Notes: generated from the letters alone by a model not told the origin. A stretch of 49,128 nucleotides of DNA from Treponema sp. (GCA_045643485.1 JAZUKU010000178.1:1-49128); one strand, 5' to 3'. Counted from the stretch's first letter, positions 1 to 8,940 are shown. Made by a program: numbers and translations.

Positions 1-1
1 T

Positions 2-250
2 GAAGCACTTCATGAAGTTGTAAAACAGATTGGTGTAAAAGACTGGAAAAAAATAACATTCCACAGCTGGCGTCATTTCTTTACTGCAAATATGGCAGAT
101 CATGTAGATGAACGAAAACTTCAGCTTGCAACAGGACATAAGACTTTGGAAATACTTGAACATTACGCAAGTCATGAATCTGAAAAGACACTAAAGGAAC
201 TAGGTACCGTTGCTGAAAAACTATTCCTTCCACTTGTAAAGACTGCATAG
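2..250 (+). CDS. Tyrosine recombinase/phage-type integrase, C-terminal fragment (truncated by window start)
   Basis: Not in the ORF track. Frame 2 reads ...KKITFHSWRHFFTANMADHVDERKLQLATGHKTLEILEHYASH...KTA*. This contains HxxR (HSWR), GH and the catalytic Tyr at tyrosine-recombinase spacing. Confidence 0.85.
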   Translation, partial: EALHEVVKQIGVKDWKKITFHSWRHFFTANMADHVDERKLQLATGHKTLEILEHYASHESEKTLKELGTVAEKLFLPLVKTA

Positions 251-294
251 AAAAAAAACTTAAGTTTTTAAATATGCATGAAAAGGTGTTTTTG

Positions 295-324
295 TTGACA
301 ATAAATACTTAGTAATTCTATAAT
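295..324 (+). promoter_or_regulatory. Sigma70 promoter for the lipoprotein gene
   Basis: TTGACA-N18-TATAAT. Inverted repeat AAATACTTA (303-311) / TAAGTATTT (330-338) flanks the -10. AAGGAGG RBS precedes ATG 355. Confidence 0.7.
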
Positions 325-354
325 TTAAATAAGTATTTTTTATAAGGAGGAGTT

Positions 355-3300
355 ATGAAAAAACTCATTTCCGGATTAGCAGCAGTGCTGTTAATTCTTT
401 CTTTGGTCGGATGTCCTTCACCTGAAACACCAGGTAAGGATCCTGAAACATTAACACAGATATTGAATGCTGGTGGAAATATTAATCTTGAAGGAAAAAT
501 ATTTTCAGAGGATGCAATTATTAACAAGACAGGCATTACAGTTGAGAATGCAGATTTAGGTGGAAAGACACTTACAGTAAATGCTGCAGGTGTTACACTC
601 AAAAATATTAAGAATGCAAATCTTGTTATCGGCGAATCAGTTGGTAACGGAGATGTATTTGTAGAAAGCTGTAACTTTTCTAATGTAACAGTTAATGGTG
701 GCGGTGCAAATTCTATTCATTTCAAGACAACAACAGTAACATATGTAAATGTTAAAAAAGAATCTGTTAGAGTTGTTCTTGAAGAAGGTACTATAGTAGA
801 AAACGCTACAATTAGTGCAGATAACGCAAAACTTGAAGCAAAGACTACGGAAGGAAATACAGATGCTTCTACAGTACCAAGTGTAGGAACCCTTGAAGTT
901 TCTGGAGATACAAAAGGTGTTCAAATTCAGAAAGTAACAGCAACAACAATTGTTCTTAAGAAAAATGTAAAGAACGTTACTGTTGAAGATGTAGCTGTTG
1001 AAAAAATTGAAGTTAAGGAAAATGCAAATACCACTACAATCAAAGGTGGTACTGTAAAAACTATTGAAGTTGAAAAAGAAGTAGAAAAAATAAAGATTGA
1101 AGATTGTAAAATTAAAACAGCAGAAATTTCAAACGAAGCCGGAAATATTGAAGTTGCCGGTGGTACAGTAGAAACACTGCATGTTGTTACAAAAACAACA
1201 ACTGAAATTAAAACTGTAATTACTATTTCAAAAGAAGAAACAGTAATTGAAAATGCTGCAGTTGTTGTAAAAGATGGAAAAATTACAACAGAAATTAAAA
1301 AGCCTCTTGAAGTTGTTGTTTCAGATGAAATTGCAGAAAAGGTTGACCTTCCTGAAACTGTAGAACAGGTAACAATTGTTGATAAAAAACTTTTTGTTGC
1401 TGAAACTAAAATATTGGAATTCAAAGCTGGAACAGAATTTGATAAGAGTGGAATCTATCTTATTTTGAAATACAGTAATGGTAATGAAAATACTATTGAA
1501 CTTGATCCTTCTGCAATAGAAGTAATTGGTTTTGATTCATCAGTTGCAGTTAAGGATATGCCGGTTACTCTTAAAACAGCATATGAAGGAGGAGATATTA
1601 GTACAAATATACACGTAACTATTTGCGAAATAATAGATTATGTTTCTCAGGCTGTAAGATTGATTTTCTCTCATGATTATGATGGTGCTGTTGAAAAGTT
1701 ACGTACTAATTATAAAGAAAATCCAAACAGTGATGAAGCAAAAATCTTCTATGCACTTTCTGAAATTGCTTCAATCAGTACTGATAAAAGCATTGCAGAC
1801 CTTTTGCAGAACCATTTTTCTATTGAAGAATATCCTGCAACAATGAATGCTTTGATTAATGGAAGCTGGCTTAAAGAATATTATGAACGTTCTCGAATTG
1901 ATACTTACATTCCAAAGGAAGCTGAGTATGGTTATTATTATAGATGTGACATTGATGAAAGCGAAGAAAAATATGAATATGAAATAGCATATATTCAGGA
2001 TGAAGACGGCGATTGGATTAATGCAGAAACACATGAATATAAGTATTATGACGATGGTAGAGAAACTATAATCAGAAGGCTCTCTGTTAGCGGTGTAGCA
2101 AAACCTTCTGAAACTGGAAAATACTTCATAAGAGTAGGTGACGTTCAATTTGCAAATCTGGTTGGAGAATCTAACTCTGTAGATCAGGAGATACCAAAGG
2201 GAACTCCTCGTTATAATTTATTATATGACAATGATAAATATGTAATCGATTATGATGAAATAATGACATTTGTTCCTATAAGAATGTCAGAAGAATTCAA
2301 GAATTCAAATGCCTATAAAAATTCATTGATAAAGGGAATTGAAAATGCAGAGACAGCTTCATTGGCACTTGCAGCTGGTTTCCTTGAATGTAATCCAAAA
2401 GGTGTAAATGAACTTGTTGATGACTGTATTGATGTATTTGATAATGACAGAATCGCTGATGCCCGCAAAGTAGTTGAATCGATGGAAGGAACTGTTTCAA
2501 TTCCAGCAATTCTTATGGAAGCATTTGAACTTGAAGATATCTTAGGTCCAGATCCTGTTGCTTTTGGAAAGACAGAATTTAATATTCTGCTTAGTGCTTT
2601 GGATATTATTAAAGGTACACTGCAGTACATCAGTTCATATGACTTAAGCTTTAATCTTTATGAACTTAAGGAAGCTTTGTATAAAGATTATGAAGATCTT
2701 CCTGACAGTACTTACGTTAATTTAATTAACAGTAATACTCTTGCTCCTCGCAGTGATGCTGCAGAAAGAATGGGTAACGCAAAAGATACTTACATTAATT
2801 CGCTTGGTACAATTCTTGATGCATACGAAGAAATGTTTGGAGAAGAAGGCTATTATCCGGAAGGATTAAAGCAGTATGTTAATGCTTTTGCTGGTTCAAT
2901 TATTCCTGGTGTTGAAGCTCTTAAGAAGTCAATCGAAGAAGAAACTGTATTCTATCTTCCAGGATTAGACATATATAATGGAAAATCTGTTCCTTCATGG
3001 GATAAAGAAGTAAACACTGAAAAAGATATCGGTATTGATATGGGTAAACTGTTTACTCCAGGATACTTCTCTGATATTCTCGCAAAAGACAATGATGGTA
3101 ATGGTGCTTTATATATTGGCGTAGAATATGAATTAAGCTATTTTAGTTCAAAAAAACCAGAAAAATTAACACCGGAACCTTCATTCGATGAAACTGAAAC
3201 AGATGAATGGGGAACATACTATGATTATTCATATGAAGTAAAAGAAAAACTTGTGTTGCCAGCAGAATTTGATATTAAAGCTAAAAAAGAAGAAATTAAG

Positions 3301-3492
3301 GCTTTATTTAAAGAGAGCGGATATGAACGTTGCGAATTAGATGTTTCAAAAGGTTATAAAATTAATCTTGAAAAGATCTATGCTTTGTTTGAAAACGTTC
3401 CAAAAGAATTCATGGTATCTACAGAAGAAGTTCTTTCGTTTGATTATCAATATTTCTATATGTATTCAGACGATCTGGATTGGGTTGAATAA
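355..3492 (+). CDS. Large surface lipoprotein (beta-solenoid-like N-terminal repeats, bacterial Ig-like domain, helical C-terminal region)
   Basis: Signal peptide MKKLISGLAAVLLILSLVG-C with lipobox. V/I/T/E/K-rich beta repeats over about aa 60-340. Ig-like motif FKAGTEFDKSGIYLILKYSNG...IGFDSS. Confidence 0.75.
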   Translation: MKKLISGLAAVLLILSLVGCPSPETPGKDPETLTQILNAGGNINLEGKIFSEDAIINKTGITVENADLGGKTLTVNAAGVTLKNIKNANLVIGESVGNGDVFVESCNFSNVTVNGGGANSIHFKTTTVTYVNVKKESVRVVLEEGTIVENATISADNAKLEAKTTEGNTDASTVPSVGTLEVSGDTKGVQIQKVTATTIVLKKNVKNVTVEDVAVEKIEVKENANTTTIKGGTVKTIEVEKEVEKIKIEDCKIKTAEISNEAGNIEVAGGTVETLHVVTKTTTEIKTVITISKEETVIENAAVVVKDGKITTEIKKPLEVVVSDEIAEKVDLPETVEQVTIVDKKLFVAETKILEFKAGTEFDKSGIYLILKYSNGNENTIELDPSAIEVIGFDSSVAVKDMPVTLKTAYEGGDISTNIHVTICEIIDYVSQAVRLIFSHDYDGAVEKLRTNYKENPNSDEAKIFYALSEIASISTDKSIADLLQNHFSIEEYPATMNALINGSWLKEYYERSRIDTYIPKEAEYGYYYRCDIDESEEKYEYEIAYIQDEDGDWINAETHEYKYYDDGRETIIRRLSVSGVAKPSETGKYFIRVGDVQFANLVGESNSVDQEIPKGTPRYNLLYDNDKYVIDYDEIMTFVPIRMSEEFKNSNAYKNSLIKGIENAETASLALAAGFLECNPKGVNELVDDCIDVFDNDRIADARKVVESMEGTVSIPAILMEAFELEDILGPDPVAFGKTEFNILLSALDIIKGTLQYISSYDLSFNLYELKEALYKDYEDLPDSTYVNLINSNTLAPRSDAAERMGNAKDTYINSLGTILDAYEEMFGEEGYYPEGLKQYVNAFAGSIIPGVEALKKSIEEETVFYLPGLDIYNGKSVPSWDKEVNTEKDIGIDMGKLFTPGYFSDILAKDNDGNGALYIGVEYELSYFSSKKPEKLTPEPSFDETETDEWGTYYDYSYEVKEKLVLPAEFDIKAKKEEIKALFKESGYERCELDVSKGYKINLEKIYALFENVPKEFMVSTEEVLSFDYQYFYMYSDDLDWVE

Positions 3493-3516
3493 CCTTTTCT
3501 CTGAATGATTAATTAT

Positions 3517-3567
3517 ACGGCATAATGATGGTGCTTTCTAAGTGCTTTCATTATGCCGTTTTTTTTT
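3517..3567 (+). terminator. Intrinsic terminator
   Basis: Stem ACGGCATAATGA / TCATTATGCCGT followed by a T run. Confidence 0.75.
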
Positions 3568-3644
3568 AAGTCTGTAGATGGTTGTTCTTATATTGAATAA
3601 CAGAAAAGGGTATGCTAAAATGGAAAAAATTTTGGGGGTAGAAA

Positions 3645-4568
3645 ATGCTACAGGGCAGACACCTTATAGAACCAGGTGATTTGACAGTTTCGGAAATTGA
3701 TGAAATTTGTTCATTGGCTGAACAGATTATTGTTAATCCAAGTGAATTTCAAGATGTGTGTCGCGGGAAAATTCTCGCGACACTTTTTTTTGAGCCAAGT
3801 ACTAGAACAAGACTTTCTTTTGAAGCTGCAATGTTAAGATTGGGTGGAAATGTAGAAGGATTTGCAGACGCAAGCATCAGTTCAACAAAGAAAGGTGAAA
3901 GCCTTGCAGATACAATAAGGACCGTAAGTTCTTACGTAGATGTAATTGCAATGAGGAATCCAAAAGAAGGTGCTGCTCTCCTTGCTTCACAATATTCTTC
4001 GGTACCTGTAATCAACGCTGGTGACGGTGGTCATTATCATCCTACACAGACACTTACTGACCTGCTTACAATACGCGCTTTGAAAGGCGGTTTTGAAGGA
4101 CACAAGATTGGCTTCTGCGGAGACTTAAAGTTTGGCCGTACAGTTCATTCCCTTGCAAAAGCAATGAGCCGTTACAAGAACAATGAATTTGTTTTCATAA
4201 GCCCAAATGAACTTACAATCCCTGAATACATAACAAAAAACGTACTTGATCCTGCTGGAATCAAATATACTACTTCAGAAAGACTTGAAGACGTAATTGG
4301 TGACTTGGACATTCTTTACATGACACGCGTACAGAAGGAACGCTTCTTTAACGAACAGGATTACATAAGGTTAAAGGACAGTTATATTCTGGACAGGTCA
4401 AAGATGGAACTTGCTTCACAGAAAATGATTGTGCTTCATCCTCTGCCTCGTGTTAACGAAATTGCTCCTGAGGTAGACTCTGATCCAAGAGCAGCTTACT
4501 TTAAGCAGGTTAAATACGGAATGTATGTAAGAATGGCACTTATTGCAAAACTTACTGGTGCCCTTTAA
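3645..4568 (+). CDS. pyrB: Aspartate carbamoyltransferase catalytic subunit
   Basis: [31 protein letters not shown] and HPLPR motifs. Confidence 0.97.
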   Translation: MLQGRHLIEPGDLTVSEIDEICSLAEQIIVNPSEFQDVCRGKILATLFFEPSTRTRLSFEAAMLRLGGNVEGFADASISSTKKGESLADTIRTVSSYVDVIAMRNPKEGAALLASQYSSVPVINAGDGGHYHPTQTLTDLLTIRALKGGFEGHKIGFCGDLKFGRTVHSLAKAMSRYKNNEFVFISPNELTIPEYITKNVLDPAGIKYTTSERLEDVIGDLDILYMTRVQKERFFNEQDYIRLKDSYILDRSKMELASQKMIVLHPLPRVNEIAPEVDSDPRAAYFKQVKYGMYVRMALIAKLTGAL

Positions 4569-4588
4569 TTCAGCAAGGAGAAGAAAAA

Positions 4589-5041
4589 ATGCTTAACGTA
4601 AACGAAATAAAAAACGGTCTTGTAATAGATCACATTAAAGCAGGAAAAGGCTGGAAGGTTTACCAGTGGCTTGGTCTTGATAAGGCAAAATTCTGCTGTG
4701 CTTTGATTCAGAATGTTGACTCTCAGAAGACCGGCAAAAAAGACATCATAAAAGTAGATAACATAATCAACATAGACTACAGTGTTCTTGGCTACATTGA
4801 CCCAAGCATTTGTGTAAACGTAATTCAGGATTCAAAGATTGTACGCAAAATTAAAATGCAGCTTCCGGAAAAAATTGAATCAGTAATTAAATGCAAGAAC
4901 CCAAGATGCATTACTACAACAGAAGGATATGTTTCTCAGGAATTCCGCCTTGTAGATAAAACTAAAGCCCAGTACCGCTGTGTTTACTGCGATGCACTTT
5001 ATACTGCAGGAACTTTGGGCGACTCAGAAGACCTTGTATGA
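4589..5041 (+). CDS. pyrI: Aspartate carbamoyltransferase regulatory subunit
   Basis: IKNGLVIDHI, KKDIIK, and Zn-binding CKNPRC...CVYC; follows pyrB. Confidence 0.95.
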   Translation: MLNVNEIKNGLVIDHIKAGKGWKVYQWLGLDKAKFCCALIQNVDSQKTGKKDIIKVDNIINIDYSVLGYIDPSICVNVIQDSKIVRKIKMQLPEKIESVIKCKNPRCITTTEGYVSQEFRLVDKTKAQYRCVYCDALYTAGTLGDSEDLV

Positions 5042-6372
5042 AAAAAACATTAATTTACAACGCAAGAATCATTGATAAGGAAAATGATTTTACCGGCGGC
5101 ATAATCATTAACGGTAAGAAAATTGAATCAGTGCTCAGGGCAAAGGAAGCAGCTTCTTTTGCAAAACAAGCTTCATTCGAAACGATAAATGCAAACGGTA
5201 TGGCATTAATGCCGTCGTTTGTTGACTTACACGCACATTTCCGCGATCCTGGCTTTACTGCTAAAGAAGACATTGAATCTGGAAGCAAAGCGGCAGTTGC
5301 AGGCGGTTACGGAACTGTAGTCCTTATGCCAAATACAAATCCGCCTGTTTCTACTGCAAAAGAAGTTCGTACAAACAATGCTAAGGCAAAACAGCTTGGG
5401 CTTTTAAACGTAATTCAGAGTGCAAGCATTACGACTCACTTTGACGGAGAAAATACGGCTCATCTTAACGAACTGAATGCAAAAGAAACTCCGCTTATTA
5501 CAGAAGACGGACGCGAAGTAAAAAGTTCTGCAGTTATGCTCGACGGAATGAAAAAAGCTGCTGCTAAGAAAATGATTGTTTCGTGTCACTGCGAAGATCC
5601 TTTCCTTGCAGAAGAAGCACGTCCGTTAAGAAAAGAAGCTCTTGCTAAACTTGCTAAGGCAAAAAAATCGCCGCAGTTAAAGAAAGAAGCTGCAGAAATC
5701 CTTACAAAAGCAAATACGCTTCTTGCACTTGCAGAAGACACAGCAACATTCAGAAACATACGTCTTGCTAAGGAAGCCGGCTGTCATTTACATTTGTGTC
5801 ACGTAAGCACAAAGGAATGCATTGAAGCAATCCGTAAGGCTAAGGCAGAAGGCATGAACATTACCGCAGAAATTACTCCTCATCACATTGGAATCTGCGG
5901 AACAAAAATGCCTCAGGTCTTTGAGATAGTAAATCCTCCGTTAAGAAGTCAGGATGACATTGATTCACTTATCGAAGCTCTTGATGACGGAACTGCTGAC
6001 TGTATTTCAACAGACCATGCTCCTCACACGGAACAGGATAAGCTTGGCGGAAGTCCGGGCTTTAGCGGTATTGAAACAAGTTTTGCTGTCTGCTACACAA
6101 CGCTCGTTCTTGGAAACGCATTTACTGTAAGCAGGCTTTCTGAACTTATGTCATATAATCCTTCGAGAATACTCGGCTTAAAAAATACGGGTCTTATTAA
6201 AAAAGGCTTTGCTGCAAATGTAGTACTTGTTGACCTTGAAAGAATATGGACTGTACGCGGAAAAGATTTTGTTTCAAAAGGAAAATATACTCCGCTTGAA
6301 GGACAGAAGGTCGTTGGCAAAGTAGTAAAGACTTTCTACGAAGGAAAAATTGTTTTCGAATTGGAAAAATAA
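5038..6372 (+). CDS. pyrC: Dihydroorotase
   Basis: DLHAHFRDPG, MPNT, HCED, HLCHVS, NPPLR and TDHAPH motifs; overlaps the pyrI stop. Confidence 0.93.
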   Translation: MKKTLIYNARIIDKENDFTGGIIINGKKIESVLRAKEAASFAKQASFETINANGMALMPSFVDLHAHFRDPGFTAKEDIESGSKAAVAGGYGTVVLMPNTNPPVSTAKEVRTNNAKAKQLGLLNVIQSASITTHFDGENTAHLNELNAKETPLITEDGREVKSSAVMLDGMKKAAAKKMIVSCHCEDPFLAEEARPLRKEALAKLAKAKKSPQLKKEAAEILTKANTLLALAEDTATFRNIRLAKEAGCHLHLCHVSTKECIEAIRKAKAEGMNITAEITPHHIGICGTKMPQVFEIVNPPLRSQDDIDSLIEALDDGTADCISTDHAPHTEQDKLGGSPGFSGIETSFAVCYTTLVLGNAFTVSRLSELMSYNPSRILGLKNTGLIKKGFAANVVLVDLERIWTVRGKDFVSKGKYTPLEGQKVVGKVVKTFYEGKIVFELEK

Positions 6373-6452
6373 TTTCGCTCGCAGCAGCTTCGGTTAACAA
6401 AAGCAAATGCTGTTTTGCTTGCGGCCGGGGTGCGTAACTTTTGGAGAAACAC

Positions 6453-7763
6453 ATGCAGTTATCAAACATATTCGTAAAAATATTTCTTGCAGGAACAATA
6501 TTGCATTTCGTATTGAATCAGGTGCTTGAGTTCATTGATTATCGTCACAGAAAGATTCACGGAAAAGAAATTCCTTCTGAGCTTGAAGGCTTTATTGATG
6601 AAGAAAAACTTTGCAAAACATGTGATTACGAAAATGCAAAATACTTTTTGTGGATACCTCACAATGTAATTAATGTTGTGCTTACATTAGCGCTCTGGTT
6701 CAGCGGTTTTTACGTTGTTCTGTTCAACTGGCTCTGGGGCTGGAGTTCAAACGTATATGTTACGGCAATTCTTTTTTCAATACTTGCTTCTGTTCCTGAA
6801 ACAATTGTGAGCCTGCCTTTTGAGCTTTATTCAGAATTCCGCCTGGAAAAAAGATTCGGCTTTTCTACAATGACTTTTAAGCTTTGGCTTACTGACACTT
6901 TAAAGGGCCTTGTTGTTAACGCAATACTTATTGTGCCGCTCATGCTTATTATGATTGCGCTTCTTTTGCATACTGCGGGCTGGTGGTGGCTTTTGCTTGG
7001 TGCAGTTTATGTGCTTTTCAGTTTAGGCATTTCGGTAATATATCCGCTTTGGATTGCTCCTTTGTTCAACAAATTTACTCCTGTTGAAGATGAAGAGCTT
7101 AAGTCACGCATTGAAGCTGTAATGCAGAAGACTGGCTTTAAGGCGAGCGGTATTTATCTGATGGATGCGTCTAAGCGAAGCAAGCACAGTAATGCTTATT
7201 TTACTGGCATTGGTAAATCAAAGCGCATTGTTTTGTACGACACGCTTGTTGAACAGCTTTCTGTTGATGAAATTGAAGCTGTTCTTGGGCACGAACTTGG
7301 TCACTACAAGAAAAAGCATATTGTTAAAAGATTATGTGTTTCAATTCCGCTTATATTTGCGGCTCTGTTTGTACTTAGCATTATTGTTACGATGCCGGCA
7401 CTTTATGAAGGCTTTGGCTTTAACCCGGACGTTTCTGTTTTAGCAGACGGGGCGTTTAAGGTTCTTCCGTACATTCAGTTCATTGGCTTAATGATTGCGG
7501 TTACGTGTTTTGAAGGATTTACTGACTTTACTGATTTGATTTCAAATGCTTCGAGCCGTAAGGATGAATTTGAAGCAGATAAGTTTGCTGCTGAGCTTTG
7601 CGGTTCCGGTAAGCCTTTGTCGACTGCACTCATTAAGCTTAACCGGGAAAACCTTAGCGAAGTTGTTCCGCCAAAGATTTACAGCGTGTTCAACTACAAT
7701 CATCCTCCTCTTCTGGAAAGAATACGGGCTGTTGAATCAGTTGGCAAAGATTCTGCTGAATAA
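6453..7763 (+). CDS. M48 family (Ste24-like) membrane zinc metallopeptidase
   Basis: Multiple TM segments; SKRSKHSNAYFTG, HELGH, EFEAD and HPPLLERI motifs. ATG 6453 follows GGAG. Confidence 0.92.
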   Translation: MQLSNIFVKIFLAGTILHFVLNQVLEFIDYRHRKIHGKEIPSELEGFIDEEKLCKTCDYENAKYFLWIPHNVINVVLTLALWFSGFYVVLFNWLWGWSSNVYVTAILFSILASVPETIVSLPFELYSEFRLEKRFGFSTMTFKLWLTDTLKGLVVNAILIVPLMLIMIALLLHTAGWWWLLLGAVYVLFSLGISVIYPLWIAPLFNKFTPVEDEELKSRIEAVMQKTGFKASGIYLMDASKRSKHSNAYFTGIGKSKRIVLYDTLVEQLSVDEIEAVLGHELGHYKKKHIVKRLCVSIPLIFAALFVLSIIVTMPALYEGFGFNPDVSVLADGAFKVLPYIQFIGLMIAVTCFEGFTDFTDLISNASSRKDEFEADKFAAELCGSGKPLSTALIKLNRENLSEVVPPKIYSVFNYNHPPLLERIRAVESVGKDSAE

Positions 7764-7798
7764 GTAGTATTTTCTAAGAAAAAATCCTTTCCTAACAC

Positions 7799-7828
7799 TT
7801 GACACAATCCCTTAATTCAGGGTATATT
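7799..7828 (+). promoter_or_regulatory. Sigma70 promoter of the tRNA operon
   Basis: TTGACA-N18-TATATT ending about 15 nt upstream of the first tRNA. Confidence 0.6.
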
Positions 7829-7842
7829 CTGTATACGATTTT

Positions 7843-7927
7843 GGAGCGATGGCAGAGAGGTCGAATGCGGCGGTCTTGAAAACCGTTATACCGCAAGGTA
7901 TCGGGGGTTCAAATCCCTCTCGCTCCG
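7843..7927 (+). tRNA. tRNA-Ser(TGA)
   Basis: Acceptor stem GGAGCGA/TCGCTCC, anticodon arm GCGGT-CT-TGA-AA-ACCGT, long variable arm, T loop GTTCAAATC; CCA not encoded. Confidence 0.95.
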
Positions 7928-7936
7928 TTATCTACT

Positions 7937-8021
7937 GGAAGCGTGGTAGAGCGGTAATACAACGGATTGCTAATCCGTCACTTCCGTAAGGGGTGGGCAG
8001 GTTCAACTCCTGTCGCTTCCG
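7937..8021 (+). tRNA. tRNA-Ser(GCT)
   Basis: Acceptor stem GGAAGCG/CGCTTCC, anticodon arm ACGGA-TT-GCT-AA-TCCGT, long variable arm, GGTTCAACTCC T arm. Confidence 0.95.
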
Positions 8022-8043
8022 TTTTACAACACATCAGTGTTAT

Positions 8044-8118
8044 GAGCCTGTAGCTCAGCTGGATTAGAGCATCACCCTGCGGAGGTGAGGGTCGCACGTT
8101 CGAATCGTGTCAGGCTCG
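8044..8118 (+). tRNA. tRNA-Arg(GCG)
   Basis: Acceptor stem GAGCCTG/CAGGCTC, D arm GCTC..GAGC, anticodon arm TCACC-CT-GCG-GA-GGTGA, T arm GCACG-TTCGAAT-CGTGT. Confidence 0.93.
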
Positions 8119-8463
8119 CTCGCAGAACCCTGTTTCAAAACGAAGCAGGGATTTTTTTTGCCCAAATGGACTTTCTAAAGCAAAGCACGGTTCGAAACGG
8201 AGTGAACGGTCTTGAAAAACGCGAGCAGTGCGGAGCGGTTTTCAAGATTCAACGACAGGAGGTCGTTGAAAGTGAACGCAGGCGCCTCGGAGGGAACAAA
8301 CAGGAGGTTTGGGCCCGGAGAGGCGAATCGTGTCAGGCTCGCTCGCAGAACCCTGTTTCAAAACGAAGCAGGGATTTTTTTTGCCCAAATGTATTTTCTA
8401 AAGCAAAGCACGGTTCGAACGTATCAGGTTCGCTCGCAGAAATCTTGGTTCAGAACGAATCTG
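8101..8463 (+). repeat. tRNA-linked direct repeats of the tRNA-Arg 3' end plus terminator
   Basis: 8101-8196 and 8324-8419 are near-identical 96-bp copies; a degenerate third copy lies at about 8408-8463. Confidence 0.9.
8128..8159 (+). terminator. Intrinsic terminator after the tRNA operon (duplicated at about 8351-8382)
   Basis: CCCTGTTTC-AAAAC-GAAGCAGGG followed by A and T8. Confidence 0.8.
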
Positions 8464-8612
8464 TGCGGAAAACAAAAAAGCCAGTCTGCAATGGGGGTTT
8501 AGGGGAATTGCAAACTGGCCGCAAGGGGTATATAACTTCAGCTGATTAACATAACTGCTTATTACCGGCAGAAGAAATTAGTAAAAAGACAGCATCCTGT
8601 TAAAGCCTGAAA

Positions 8613-8873
8613 TTATTTCATAATGAAATACATCATGAACGGTGTGCATGGAAAGAACAGCTTGCAGAACATAAACCATACGTTGTAAAAGTAACCGGCG
8701 CCATCGTTTGCATGAAGTGCGAATGTTGTAATAAGGGAAACAAATAAAGCTGCTGTAAGCGGAATAAACAGTGACATGATTGTCCTTACCATTGTAACGA
8801 TTGTCCTGCGGCTGTTTTCCTTTTTCTGTTCAGCTTTCATTCTGTTAACGAAAATTGTCTGATTCATTGTCAT
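8613..8873 (-). CDS. Small hypothetical membrane protein (2 TM)
   Basis: 86 aa with two hydrophobic segments; AGAGG RBS upstream of the ATG. Confidence 0.65.
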   Translation of the reverse strand: MTMNQTIFVNRMKAEQKKENSRRTIVTMVRTIMSLFIPLTAALFVSLITTFALHANDGAGYFYNVWFMFCKLFFPCTPFMMYFIMK

Positions 8874-8923
8874 ATAATTACCTCTTTGATTAGTTTTTAC
8901 ATGATTAATCTAGCATTAGTAGT

Positions 8924-8940
8924 GGGACATGGAATGTCCC
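8924..8940. promoter_or_regulatory. Palindromic operator GGGACA-N5-TGTCCC upstream of the small membrane protein gene
   Basis: Perfect 6-5-6 inverted repeat occupying the -35 region of an extended -10 (TG-C-TAGATT, minus strand 8907-8915). Confidence 0.55.

Noticed and set aside
1-3567. Integron integrase with gene cassette
   Set aside because: No attC-like structure is visible after the lipoprotein gene, the gene has its own promoter, and too little of the integrase is present to see the IntI-specific insertion.
3645-6372. pyrB-pyrI-pyrC cluster as an unusual system
   Set aside because: Ordinary pyrimidine biosynthesis genes with intact catalytic motifs.
8085-8549. 154-aa and 96-aa + strand ORFs
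   Set aside because: They overlap tRNA-Arg, terminators and the direct repeats; the duplicated peptide is simply the translated repeat.
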